Source: a virus
Virus record (IMG/VR): IMGVR_UViG_3300045988_103931
Coordinates: 10,801 to 74,800 of that record
DNA length: 64,000 bases
Strand: one strand, 5' to 3'
Shown here: positions 25,354 to 33,699 of the stretch, piece after piece
Layout: each line of letters starts with the position of its first letter
Numbering within the stretch: position 1 is the stretch's first letter
Position numbers and translations under genes: made by a program
The notes under the pieces: model-generated
Told to the model about the DNA's origin: nothing
The model's database searches: none
Seen by the model: only the letters and a program-made list of their open reading frames with translations

Positions 25354-25539
25354 ATGAAAGAAAGAAAACACTATATGTTTTGCTGTGACTGCGGATATGC
25401 GTTTAAGGAAGATGAGATTTTCAAAAAAGTATATACAAATACTGCGATTTGCTTGTGCCGGGAATGTGCGTTGAAATTGGCGCGGGAAATCAAGGATGAA
25501 TACGTGAAAACGACTGCTGAAGTGAGTGAAAAGAGGTAA
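25354..25539 (+). CDS. small Zn-ribbon protein
   Basis: ACGGAG SD. CCDCG...CRECA. Confidence 0.5.
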   Translation: MKERKHYMFCCDCGYAFKEDEIFKKVYTNTAICLCRECALKLAREIKDEYVKTTAEVSEKR

Positions 25540-25544
25540 ACACT

Positions 25545-26108
25545 GTGAAAAAAATTATTGTTCCAATTATCGTTGTTGCAATGCTCATGACCTCTTGTGA
25601 GATCGATACGTCAAGCGTAACTACGACAAGCGAACAGGATATAAATGCAACGATTGGAATCGGCGATAAACTCGCATCGAACCAAGCAACGCCGACAGAT
25701 ATTGATTATTCTTTGGAAAGATACAACCTTATCAAACGTGCATATTGGGTTAATGGTCAGCGTGAAAAGGCTAATACGCTTGTTTGTGAGATTCAAAAGC
25801 CACTTGGGTATATCGTCCTCTTTACCGATTCCGGCGCAGTCGTGGGCAGCTTCATTGTTGACGGAAAGGTTTCAAGCCTAAATAGCTATCTCACGCCAGA
25901 CAGCGAATACTACGAGCAGGAAACATTTTATAATGGAATTACATATGGAAATGAATGGCTTCCTGACGTTGACGGTTCATATGGCGAAAATGATTCCGGT
26001 ATATTCTTCTTTACACCTGACGGGAAATATATCGAATGGACTGGCACATACCTATATTCCGATATTCCGTTTATCGTAGAAGACCCGATTGTGAAGATTG
26101 GAGAATGA
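25545..26108 (+). CDS. lipoprotein
   Basis: GTG start. Signal peptide MKKIIVPIIVVAMLMTSC (lipobox). Confidence 0.6.
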   Translation: MKKIIVPIIVVAMLMTSCEIDTSSVTTTSEQDINATIGIGDKLASNQATPTDIDYSLERYNLIKRAYWVNGQREKANTLVCEIQKPLGYIVLFTDSGAVVGSFIVDGKVSSLNSYLTPDSEYYEQETFYNGITYGNEWLPDVDGSYGENDSGIFFFTPDGKYIEWTGTYLYSDIPFIVEDPIVKIGE

Positions 26109-26109
26109 T

Positions 26110-26523
26110 ATGAAACAAGGGAACATATTAAAGATTTTAGCATATGTGCTATTTGCTCTTGCTGCACTTCAAATGATACTCGCTGTCGTTCTTTTGTTGA
26201 ATAGCTGTTCTCCTGCTGGCGTTGCGATTTGGAATACATATGATTATGCCGTGAAAAAGACTGACGATGCAACAAGCTACAACACAAAAAAGAAAGTAGA
26301 AGATTCATGCCGTTCAATGATCGCGTCATATGAATCTGACAAGCTGACATGGGAGCAATACAAAGATTCAGACAACGAAGAAAAGCAGTCATGGGCAGAA
26401 CAGGCTAAAATGAGAGCAAACAAAACAGCTGCAACCTATAATAATTACATTCTTGAAAATAGTTTCGTGTGGGATGGGAATGTACCGAAAGACATAAACA
26501 AAGAGCTTGAATATTTGGAGTAA
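26110..26523 (+). CDS. membrane-anchored protein or lipoprotein
   Basis: ATG 26110 with GGAGAA SD. Hydrophobic N-terminus ending LLLNSC. Confidence 0.55.
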   Translation: MKQGNILKILAYVLFALAALQMILAVVLLLNSCSPAGVAIWNTYDYAVKKTDDATSYNTKKKVEDSCRSMIASYESDKLTWEQYKDSDNEEKQSWAEQAKMRANKTAATYNNYILENSFVWDGNVPKDINKELEYLE

Positions 26524-26534
26524 GGATAACAACG

Positions 26535-26675
26535 ATGAGCTTTTCAAGAAAACTAAGGCGCAAAGGGAAGCACACACTAAGATGCTGTGGTTCGCAAATG
26601 ACGTATAAAGATGGTTACGGTTATGTGTGTGAAAAGTGCGGGAAATTGAAAAAGGACAAACGCCATGAAGATTGA
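26535..26675 (+). CDS. small Zn-ribbon protein (46 aa)
   Basis: Below the 60-aa track cutoff. ATG 26535. RCCGS...CEKCG. The end overlaps the next start. Confidence 0.4.
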   Translation: MSFSRKLRRKGKHTLRCCGSQMTYKDGYGYVCEKCGKLKKDKRHED

Positions 26676-26928
26676 GAAATGCAAAATCTGTGGATCGATG
26701 GCAATATGGATGAACAGAATAGTGACCGGACACGGATATTTCGCAGAGTGCAGTGAATGCCATTGGTGTGCAAAAAAGAAGTTGACAGAACACGGCGCGT
26801 GGAGAGCGTGGAATAAAGCGATGCGCACTGTGAATTGCAATAATTGCCGGAAGTGGGGGACAGATGAATGCCCAAATTCGGCACTGTGCTATGATTCTGT
26901 CTGTAAACCGTATTTTGAAAGGAAATGA
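26665..26928 (+). CDS. Lar-like restriction-alleviation family protein (tentative)
   Basis: KCKICGS...AECSECHWC....AWRAWNKA matches the CxxCG...C..C...A..AWN pattern of Lar-family proteins. Confidence 0.45.
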   Translation: MKIEKCKICGSMAIWMNRIVTGHGYFAECSECHWCAKKKLTEHGAWRAWNKAMRTVNCNNCRKWGTDECPNSALCYDSVCKPYFERK

Positions 26929-26960
26929 AAAAAGGCGGGGATTATTCCCCGCCTTTGTTG
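26929..26960. terminator. bidirectional terminator between the convergent early operon and the lysogeny module
   Basis: AAAGGCGGGGA-ttatt-CCCCGCCTTT. Confidence 0.75.
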
Positions 26961-27245
26961 TCATTCCGCTGTGACTAATTTCTTTTCAAGTTTATCAAGA
27001 TATATTTTGTAAAATACATAGTCATTGTTGTTGTTGAATACAATGTCCTTACTGTGAATAATCAAAGCGAAAACGTCTTGTTCAACGATAACTTTATTTA
27101 TTGCTTCATGAAATTTCGTTCCGTCAAAATCAAGGACTTTTCCGACGATTGAATAACCATATCGTTTTGCAAGTGTGGCACATTGATTGTATTGTTCGTA
27201 CACGCTTATATCATCATTTTTCTTTGCGTAAATCACACAATTCAT
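26961..27245 (-). CDS. degenerate resolvase-catalytic-domain-like protein (catalytic Ser absent)
   Basis: ATG 27245 has AAAGGAG 8 nt upstream (the listed GTG 27266 is less likely). CVIYAKKNDD....QCATLAKRYGYSIVGKVLDFDG mimics the serine-recombinase N-terminus, but YAKKND replaces YxRxS. Confidence 0.5.
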   Translation of the reverse strand: MNCVIYAKKNDDISVYEQYNQCATLAKRYGYSIVGKVLDFDGTKFHEAINKVIVEQDVFALIIHSKDIVFNNNNDYVFYKIYLDKLEKKLVTAE

Positions 27246-27272
27246 GGTTTTTTCTCCTTTGCTCACGCATTT

Positions 27273-28817
27273 TTATTGCCTGTTTATTTTCGCGTAAAAG
27301 AAAACATTCGGCTGCCGGAATGAATTGTTATACTCCATATCCCCATTAGGGGAGACGATGAGCGTAATATCAATGCTTTCGTCGCTGATAATGATTGATT
27401 CTACAAATTTATCAAAAATCGTTTTTAACACTTCATCGTCTGTATCGTCGGAGATGGATAACATTTTGTTTAGGTAATCGACTATCATTGAATGCGTCAA
27501 GGTTAATTTCGTTTGACGTTCAATATTGTATATTTGTTGTTCTACTTCTTGCAGTTCGTTTTCTTTCTCGCTGATATGCTCCGCAAGAAACGAATCGCTG
27601 ACTATTCTTTTTGCTCTTAGATCGATCAATTCTTTCATTTCGGATTTCAATGCAGATGAACGAGATTTTAACTGTTTGAGTTTGTCCTTTTGTTCGGTCG
27701 GGTTTTCTCCCAATATTTTAAGCATTTCGTTTGCAATGCTGTAAATAGATTTTTCGTTTAATATGTGACGCTTTATTTCTTTCATTGTGATTTCTTCTAA
27801 ATAGTCTTTTCTGATTCTTTTGCAAGAACAAGTGTGATAGTCTTTGCTTTGCGAACAGACATAATATTTATAATCGTATTTTTTCCCGTTCTGCATACTG
27901 CCGGAACGGATACCGAAATAGTGACTTCCGCAGTTGGCACATCTGATCTTTCCTGTCAAAGCATAAAGCTCTTTCCTCTTTCGCGGTCTAACGCCTTTTT
28001 GCGTGCTGTGCCGATATTGTACTCTGTCCCATAGTTCTTTATCTATTATAGGCGGTATTATATCATGCACAATTATTGGCTCATGCCCTTGCGCACTGTA
28101 CCTTAGTACGCCGATATAAAAATCATTTCTAAGCATTCTTGCTATCGTTTGTATGCTAAAATATTTCCCGCGCCTTGTGAATGCTCCATTGTCTTTGAGA
28201 TATGTCTGTAAATATCTAAGAGAATAATTATCGGCATACAACTCAAATATCTTGTTTACGATTTTACTTTCAAATTCATCTGGAACATACTTCTTTCTTG
28301 TTTTCTTGCCGTGTTGTACAACCTCTAATTTGTAACCATATGGAACTGTACCACCCGCGAAAAATCCCTCTGACACCATTTCCCGCATTGCGCTTTTAAC
28401 GTGGTCGCTGATAACGGCACTTTGATATTCGTCTATGTTTGCCATAACACCAATCATTAGTTTGCCTGACGATGTTTCATCGTCTACCATTTGCGTTACG
28501 GATATGAGTTTAACGCCGTGCTTCTTAAACAACTGGCGATATTTGTGACTTTCGTAAGCATTCCGAAAAATACGGCTGAATTTGTAGACTACAACAACGT
28601 CAATCATTCCGTTTTTAACGTCCCGTATCAATTCATGAAACGCTTCACGCCCTGCAACTTTCGTCCCTGTTATAGCTTGATCTATATATGTTTTTGTGAG
28701 TGGCATATCGTTTTTGTCTAAATATGCTTGGCACTCTGTTAGCTGATATTCAATAGAGAAACCATCGTCTTGTTTCGTGTCTGAATATCTTCCATATATC
28801 CCTGTCCTTTTGTTCAT
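27273..28817 (-). CDS. int: large serine recombinase (integrase)
   Basis: GIYGRYSDTKQ (catalytic Ser), VVVYKFSRIFRN, recombinase domain, Zn-ribbon CANCGSHY...YYVCS, C-terminal coiled coil. 514 aa. Confidence 0.9.
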   Translation of the reverse strand: MNKRTGIYGRYSDTKQDDGFSIEYQLTECQAYLDKNDMPLTKTYIDQAITGTKVAGREAFHELIRDVKNGMIDVVVVYKFSRIFRNAYESHKYRQLFKKHGVKLISVTQMVDDETSSGKLMIGVMANIDEYQSAVISDHVKSAMREMVSEGFFAGGTVPYGYKLEVVQHGKKTRKKYVPDEFESKIVNKIFELYADNYSLRYLQTYLKDNGAFTRRGKYFSIQTIARMLRNDFYIGVLRYSAQGHEPIIVHDIIPPIIDKELWDRVQYRHSTQKGVRPRKRKELYALTGKIRCANCGSHYFGIRSGSMQNGKKYDYKYYVCSQSKDYHTCSCKRIRKDYLEEITMKEIKRHILNEKSIYSIANEMLKILGENPTEQKDKLKQLKSRSSALKSEMKELIDLRAKRIVSDSFLAEHISEKENELQEVEQQIYNIERQTKLTLTHSMIVDYLNKMLSISDDTDDEVLKTIFDKFVESIIISDESIDITLIVSPNGDMEYNNSFRQPNVFFYAKINRQ

Positions 28818-28836
28818 TATGTTTCTCCCTTGCTGT

Positions 28837-29160
28837 TTACTCTTCCATCCGCAAATACAAGCGCATTATCTCTTTGTATAACCTCTCTCGCTCTTCTTTT
28901 GGAATGCCTTCATTCAGAAATACACTCTTTGCTCGGCTCAACAGCTCAAATCCCTCATCCTGCGTTTCTACGCCAAAGTAAGAAAGACCGACTTTGTAAA
29001 ACTCCGCAAACCGTTTCAGGTCGGATAAATGTGGTGAGCGCCGACCGCACTCATAATTGCTGATTGTTGCGCGACTTATTCCGAGCTTTTCGGACAATTC
29101 TTGCTGAGTTAATTTTCTCCCCTTTCTCAAAGTTTTTAATTTTTCTCCAATGAAACACAT
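28837..29160 (-). CDS. CI-like XRE-family repressor
   Basis: LTQQELSEKLGISRATISNYECG HTH. GGAGGTGA SD. Upstream of int and divergent from the early genes. Confidence 0.8.
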   Translation of the reverse strand: MCFIGEKLKTLRKGRKLTQQELSEKLGISRATISNYECGRRSPHLSDLKRFAEFYKVGLSYFGVETQDEGFELLSRAKSVFLNEGIPKEERERLYKEIMRLYLRMEE

Positions 29161-29199
29161 TGATTACATCACCTCCCATATGATACATCATAGCACATT

Positions 29200-29292
29200 C
29201 TACAATGTGTTTCAAATTGTAATCATTTTATAAAAAATAATCGAATATATGAAACATTTACCATTGAACGAGAAACAAATATTCGTATAATC
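29200..29292. promoter_or_regulatory. immunity-region divergent promoter/operator region
   Basis: Rightward TTGAAC-16-TATAAT (29264-29291). GAAACA(T/A)(T/A)T half-sites at 29251 and 29272, and inverted at 29208. Confidence 0.55.
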
Positions 29293-29340
29293 ATATTCAT
29301 AGGTCACAAAATACTGAATAATGTAACGAGGTGTAACATT

Positions 29341-29538
29341 TTGAAAAGCGTAAGAAAACACACCATTCATGATAGACTGTCGATTGATATTGCGTTAGCT
29401 GAAAACGCAAAAACCACAGAAGATAGGAAAGCATTAGCTTATCAAGCAATCGGTGCGGCGGAAATTGCCGTTGAATTTGACTTAATTACATACATGGAAT
29501 TTGAGGGTTACATAAATAGCATATTTTCGATTTTATGA
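29341..29538 (+). CDS. hypothetical protein (first rightward gene)
   Basis: TTG start, 8 nt after GAGGTG. 65 aa. No obvious HTH. Confidence 0.45.
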   Translation: MKSVRKHTIHDRLSIDIALAENAKTTEDRKALAYQAIGAAEIAVEFDLITYMEFEGYINSIFSIL

Positions 29539-29589
29539 GGGCGATTGCCCTTTGCTTTAACTCCGCCTTGCGTCGTTTTGTTAGCAAAT

Positions 29590-29655
29590 ATGAACATTGA
29601 TTTACAAAATGTTCACACAAAAACTGTAGAAACAATACCGCTGTTGTGGTATAAT
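29590..29655 (+). promoter_or_regulatory. conserved promoter/operator cassette, copy E
   Basis: ATGAACATT-GATTTACA-AAATGTTCA (perfect inverted repeat), GTAGAAA, ATACCGCTGTTGTGGTATAAT. Confidence 0.6.
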
Positions 29656-29704
29656 ATAGGTACAGTAAAGGAAAGCAAAACGCACGATAGAGAGGAAAAG
29701 AAAA

Positions 29705-29929
29705 ATGAAAAAATTTGAAGTTGGAAAGTCCTACAGCATGAGAAGCGCGTGTGATCATAATTGCGTATGGACGTACACAGTGACCGAAAGAACAGCACAG
29801 ACAATTACAATCAGTGATGGCAAGGTTAGCAAGAAATGCAGAATCTCAAAAGACGTTTCCGAATACAGGAACGCCGAAACCGTTTACCCGTTGGGCAAAT
29901 ATTCAATGTGTCCTTCGTTGACCGCTTGA
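29705..29929 (+). CDS. hypothetical protein
   Basis: Purine-rich SD. 74 aa. Confidence 0.6.
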   Translation: MKKFEVGKSYSMRSACDHNCVWTYTVTERTAQTITISDGKVSKKCRISKDVSEYRNAETVYPLGKYSMCPSLTA

Positions 29930-29968
29930 ATGCGTCACAACGAAACAAATATAAGAAAGGTGATTAAA

Positions 29969-30133
29969 ATGAAAAGCATTTATATCAAGATCGAGAAAGA
30001 CGAAATGTGCGGCTATACGGTGTATGTCAACGGCGAGGTGCTTCTTGAATGCCTTGCGGAAGATGAAGTGGAAGGAATCACCGTAAAAGAGATTGCGGAA
30101 ATGCACGAGAAATACGAAAGCGGTGAACTGTAA
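29969..30133 (+). CDS. hypothetical protein
   Basis: ATG 29969 after AAAGGTGA. The listed start 29930 lies inside the TAATGCGTCAC motif. Confidence 0.5.
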   Translation: MKSIYIKIEKDEMCGYTVYVNGEVLLECLAEDEVEGITVKEIAEMHEKYESGEL

Positions 30134-30360
30134 TGCTTATAAGAGACAAGGACAGTGCAGAGGGATATATTCACCTCTGCGCCGATAGTCACAAATACAC
30201 GAAAAAGGCACTTGCGGAAAGGTTGCAAATTAAGTTGCACGATGTTACAGCTTATACGTTGATAGATGGCAAAAATGGCGTTGATATGGTGCGCATTAAG
30301 TATTGCCCGTATTGCGGAGTAGAGATCGAGAAAGACGAATACGAAAAGGGGAACTTATAA
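30133..30360 (+). CDS. hypothetical protein with C-terminal Zn-ribbon
   Basis: TAATG overlap. CPYCG. Confidence 0.55.
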   Translation: MLIRDKDSAEGYIHLCADSHKYTKKALAERLQIKLHDVTAYTLIDGKNGVDMVRIKYCPYCGVEIEKDEYEKGNL

Positions 30361-31262
30361 TGAGATATTACGAAATTGACGAAACGGCTGCAAGACGTGG
30401 GCGCGAATTGTGGAGCTTTTCCGAATACAAGAACGGCAGCAAAACATCGGAATACAGAGCGCAAGTTGATGAGGTATACAAAATCGTTGATGAACTTCCT
30501 GACGGTCTGAAAGAAAAAGGGGCGGCAATGGCTGAAAGATACGCCCGCCGCCTTGCTGAATGGTATAACAAGCAATTCCGCATTGAAGCGATGTGTCCAT
30601 CGGTTATGATTAGCGGCGGTAGCAACTTCCCCGTGAGAAAGAAAGAAAAACAGAACGCCGCGCAAGATAATCATTATCAGTTATACAATAAAATTCAGCA
30701 GATTCCAGAGAGAATCAAAAGACTTGCGAGAGGTTCAAATATCATTAAATCGGGAGATGCTGACGCATTGGAACAGCTTCAAAAGAAAGTCGAGAAAGCA
30801 GAAGAATTACAGGCAGAAATGAAAGCCGTAAACGCCTATTACAGAAAGAATAAGACGCTTAAAGGGTATAAGGACTATACCGACGAAAAGGCGGCAAAAC
30901 TCGATGAAGCGATCAAGGAGAGCATGTGGGGAGTTCCATTCCCTCCGTATGAGTTGACAAACAACAATGCGAAAATCAGAAACACAAAGGCAAGAATCGC
31001 GGAGCTTGAACGGCTGAAAGAATCCGCAAAAGATACAGAAGAACAGACTGACGAATATAGCACGGATTTGTTTAGAGTGGTGGAGAATACGGAGATCATG
31101 CGCTTGCAGTTGTTCTTTGGCGAAAAGCCAGACGCAGATACAAGAGCCGTGCTAAAGAAGAACGGATTTCGATTCGCGCCGTCACAGAACAATGCTTGGC
31201 AACGTCAGTTGAACGCGAATGGCAAGTACGCATTGAAGCGAGTAATTGAAGAACTCTCTTAA
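30360..31262 (+). CDS. DUF3560-like protein (tentative)
   Basis: TAATG overlap. C-terminal LKKNGFRFAPSQNNAWQRQL resembles the GF.W......W motif of plasmid/phage DUF3560 proteins. Confidence 0.5.
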   Translation: MRYYEIDETAARRGRELWSFSEYKNGSKTSEYRAQVDEVYKIVDELPDGLKEKGAAMAERYARRLAEWYNKQFRIEAMCPSVMISGGSNFPVRKKEKQNAAQDNHYQLYNKIQQIPERIKRLARGSNIIKSGDADALEQLQKKVEKAEELQAEMKAVNAYYRKNKTLKGYKDYTDEKAAKLDEAIKESMWGVPFPPYELTNNNAKIRNTKARIAELERLKESAKDTEEQTDEYSTDLFRVVENTEIMRLQLFFGEKPDADTRAVLKKNGFRFAPSQNNAWQRQLNANGKYALKRVIEELS

Positions 31263-31280
31263 AACAAAATGTATGTAATT

Positions 31281-31345
31281 ATGAACACGGTTTTACAATC
31301 TGTTTACAAAATAATACAGAAACGATACCTCAAATGCGGTATAAT
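31281..31345 (+). promoter_or_regulatory. conserved promoter/operator cassette, copy F
   Basis: ATGAACACG-GTTTTACA-ATCTGTTTA, ACAGAAA, ATACCTCAAATGCGGTATAAT. Confidence 0.6.
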
Positions 31346-31393
31346 ATAGTCACAAGGAAAGAACAAAACAAACCGCAGAAAGAGAGAAAGAAA

Positions 31394-31585
31394 ATGAAAG
31401 AATTTAGAATCAAGGGAACATGGTACACCGTAAAAGCAAATTGCATTAGACAGGCATTGAAGAAACTGGTGGACGAAGATGGAGACTTTACCTACACTCC
31501 ACACTGGTACACAAGAAGCAATCGGAAATCGTGGGCTGAATTTGAAACAAGCTACGGTTATCGCGGAATCGTCGAAGAGGTATAA
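31394..31585 (+). CDS. hypothetical protein (first gene of cassette-F unit)
   Basis: ATG 31394 after the AGAGAGAAAGAAA leader. The listed start 31334 lies in the promoter. Confidence 0.55.
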   Translation: MKEFRIKGTWYTVKANCIRQALKKLVDEDGDFTYTPHWYTRSNRKSWAEFETSYGYRGIVEEV

Positions 31586-31588
31586 AGC

Positions 31589-31658
31589 AGAGTGGCGGCG
31601 GCAACGCCGTTAATGCACACAACGAAAGTTGTACGGTCACAAGTCCGAAATTGGAGGG
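31589..31658 (+). promoter_or_regulatory. conserved structured intergenic RNA element, copy S3
   Basis: AGAGTG-GCGG-cggcaa-CGCC-GTTAATGCAC-ACAAC-gaaa-GTTGT-ACGG-tcacaagt-CCG..GGAGGG. Confidence 0.55.
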
Positions 31659-31665
31659 TAAAACA

Positions 31666-31800
31666 ATGAAATGGAAGATTTTCAAAAGCGCAGATGAATA
31701 TGTGATTATCAGAGCAGACAGCTTTGACGAAGCACTTGCAAAGGCGAGAAAGATCGACAAGTCATATTGCGCAGGATATGTAGTTGATGATGATGAATAA
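31666..31800 (+). CDS. small hypothetical protein (44 aa)
   Basis: Below the track cutoff. ATG 7 nt after GGAGGG. MKWKIFKSADEYVIIRADSFDEALAKARK... Confidence 0.5.
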   Translation: MKWKIFKSADEYVIIRADSFDEALAKARKIDKSYCAGYVVDDDE

Positions 31801-31841
31801 AATGCGTCACAACGAAACATTTAAGTTGGAGGTGATAACAC

Positions 31842-32123
31842 ATGAACAAGATTACAGACGGCAACAGGAAATTCTTATCGGAGTTGGTAGCAAGGCTTGC
31901 ATTCGAAGATTTTTATCAAGCGAACAAAGAGAATGATAAGAAGCCGTTTAGAAAAGACGGCACAAAGCCGTATACACCATATAGCTTGTCAGACGAAACG
32001 AATGAAGCGATAGAAATGCTCCATATCGCGCAGAAACTTGAAAACACGCCGGAAGAAGTGGAAATTGTAAAATCCTATATTCTTAAAGCGCGACTTATTA
32101 GAAACGAATTGAGATACAAATAA
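31842..32123 (+). CDS. hypothetical protein
   Basis: GGAGGTGA SD. Confidence 0.6.
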   Translation: MNKITDGNRKFLSELVARLAFEDFYQANKENDKKPFRKDGTKPYTPYSLSDETNEAIEMLHIAQKLENTPEEVEIVKSYILKARLIRNELRYK

Positions 32124-32201
32124 CAGTCGAAACGGCGTAATGCCGTCTCGCGTGATTAGCTACACGCGACTGATGAGATAGGCTAAAGAAAGGATGATTA
32201 T

Positions 32202-32411
32202 ATGCGTGTAAACCTAAAAGTTTTGCGCGTGAGAATGAATCTAAATCAAGCGGAAATGGCTGAAAAATGCGGCATAGGCAGAGTTGCATACTCCGCAATT
32301 GAGAGAGGGGATCGCGGCGGTTCAATGGAGTTCTGGAAGAGATTGCAGAACGCATTTAGCGTTCCCGATGAAAAAATGTTTTCTCTTATGAGGGATGAAG
32401 AAAGGAATTGA
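32202..32411 (+). CDS. XRE-family HTH protein
   Basis: MNLNQAEMAEKCGIGRVAYSAIERG. Confidence 0.7.
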   Translation: MRVNLKVLRVRMNLNQAEMAEKCGIGRVAYSAIERGDRGGSMEFWKRLQNAFSVPDEKMFSLMRDEERN

Positions 32412-32412
32412 T

Positions 32413-32754
32413 ATGGAACACATAGTACAGTTTGCGGTAGGCATTGATGATGAGGGAATTAGAAAACGCATTATCGAAACATCGGAAAAGCAGATAATTG
32501 ATAGGCTATACGAGGAATGCAAGAGTGCTGTTATCGGGAAATCTCGGCGATATTGGAACTTCGAGAACAAGGACGAAAAAATTAAAATTGTGCTTAATGA
32601 TCTTGTGTTTGAAGCGGTTGACAAAATGGTAACCGAGCACAAGGACGAGATTATTGATAATGCGTCGAAAATACTTGCTGACCGTATCGGTCGGACAAAA
32701 GCGGCGAGGGAAACTTTTAGAAACATAGTGGAGAGTGAAGTGAGTGAGAAATGA
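32413..32754 (+). CDS. hypothetical protein
   Basis: ATG 32413 directly after the upstream TGA. AAAGGAA SD. Confidence 0.55.
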   Translation: MEHIVQFAVGIDDEGIRKRIIETSEKQIIDRLYEECKSAVIGKSRRYWNFENKDEKIKIVLNDLVFEAVDKMVTEHKDEIIDNASKILADRIGRTKAARETFRNIVESEVSEK

Positions 32755-32855
32755 ACGTAAAGTCATAGTTCGATTAGTGGAAAGCGGAGAGGTACATAAC
32801 GGCAGACTGTTGGCAGAGTATTTTGCCCAAAAGATAAAAGGAAGAGGTGTAACAA

Positions 32856-33056
32856 ATGAAGATTTATAAAGACATTTACGGGTTTCAGGCTATGGACGAA
32901 ATCAGGAAAGAAAAGGACGTATATGTAATTGACAAAGAAGACCGCGAGGTTTATTGCATGAACACTATGCGTGTGGCTGATTTTATCAACATTGTAAACA
33001 GTGACAACGATAACGATAGATTTTCGTTTTATATAATCGAAGAAACGAATGAATAA
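32856..33056 (+). CDS. hypothetical protein
   Basis: GGAAGAGGTG SD. Confidence 0.55.
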   Translation: MKIYKDIYGFQAMDEIRKEKDVYVIDKEDREVYCMNTMRVADFINIVNSDNDNDRFSFYIIEETNE

Positions 33057-33071
33057 GAAAGGGATATAAAA

Positions 33072-33695
33072 ATGGATGGTATCAAAAACATTTATGAAAA
33101 AATGTCCGCTATTACAGCAGAATTGCAGACAGTAGCAAAGAATCTCACTGTTCAGCAGACCAAAACATCATCGTACAAGGCGGTGTCTGAACGTGATGTA
33201 TTGGACGCTGTAAAACCTCTTGAAGCAAAATATGGCGTGTACAGCTATCCAGTAAGCCGCAAAATCCTTGAAAGCAATATGCTTGAAAGTGAAAGCACGT
33301 ACAATGGAAATACCACAAAGAAAACAACATTCATGACAAGAATCGAAACAGTGTATCGGTTTGTGAATGTAGATAAGCCCGACGAATACATAGAAACAAC
33401 CACTTTTGCAGAGGGCATTGACACACAGGACAAAGGTAGCGGAAAGGCTATGACGTACTCCGATAAGTACGCCCTTATGAAAGCCTACAAGATTTCTACA
33501 GGTGATGACCCCGATCAGACAGCAAGCGAAGAAACAAAGTACACGCAGAAGCCGAAACAGGCAACGCCACGCGAGAAACTTATTGCCAAGCTGAAAGAAA
33601 AAGGTATCGACGCGACAGCATATGCAAAAGAACACAGCTTAACGACACACACAACGGCAGAAGAGTTTGAAAGACTTCTTGCGGAATTGGGGTGA
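33072..33695 (+). CDS. ERF-family single-strand annealing protein
   Basis: AVKPLEAKYGVYSYPV...GSGKAMTYSDKYALMKAYKISTGDDPD matches the conserved ERF core by eye. Confidence 0.7.
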   Translation: MDGIKNIYEKMSAITAELQTVAKNLTVQQTKTSSYKAVSERDVLDAVKPLEAKYGVYSYPVSRKILESNMLESESTYNGNTTKKTTFMTRIETVYRFVNVDKPDEYIETTTFAEGIDTQDKGSGKAMTYSDKYALMKAYKISTGDDPDQTASEETKYTQKPKQATPREKLIAKLKEKGIDATAYAKEHSLTTHTTAEEFERLLAELG

Positions 33696-33699
33696 TTGA

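Noticed and set aside
26929-29340. Attempt to locate attP next to the serine integrase.
   Set aside because: Serine-integrase attP sites are short imperfect inverted repeats with no universal consensus. I found no convincing candidate by eye, and no bacterial flank is available for comparison.
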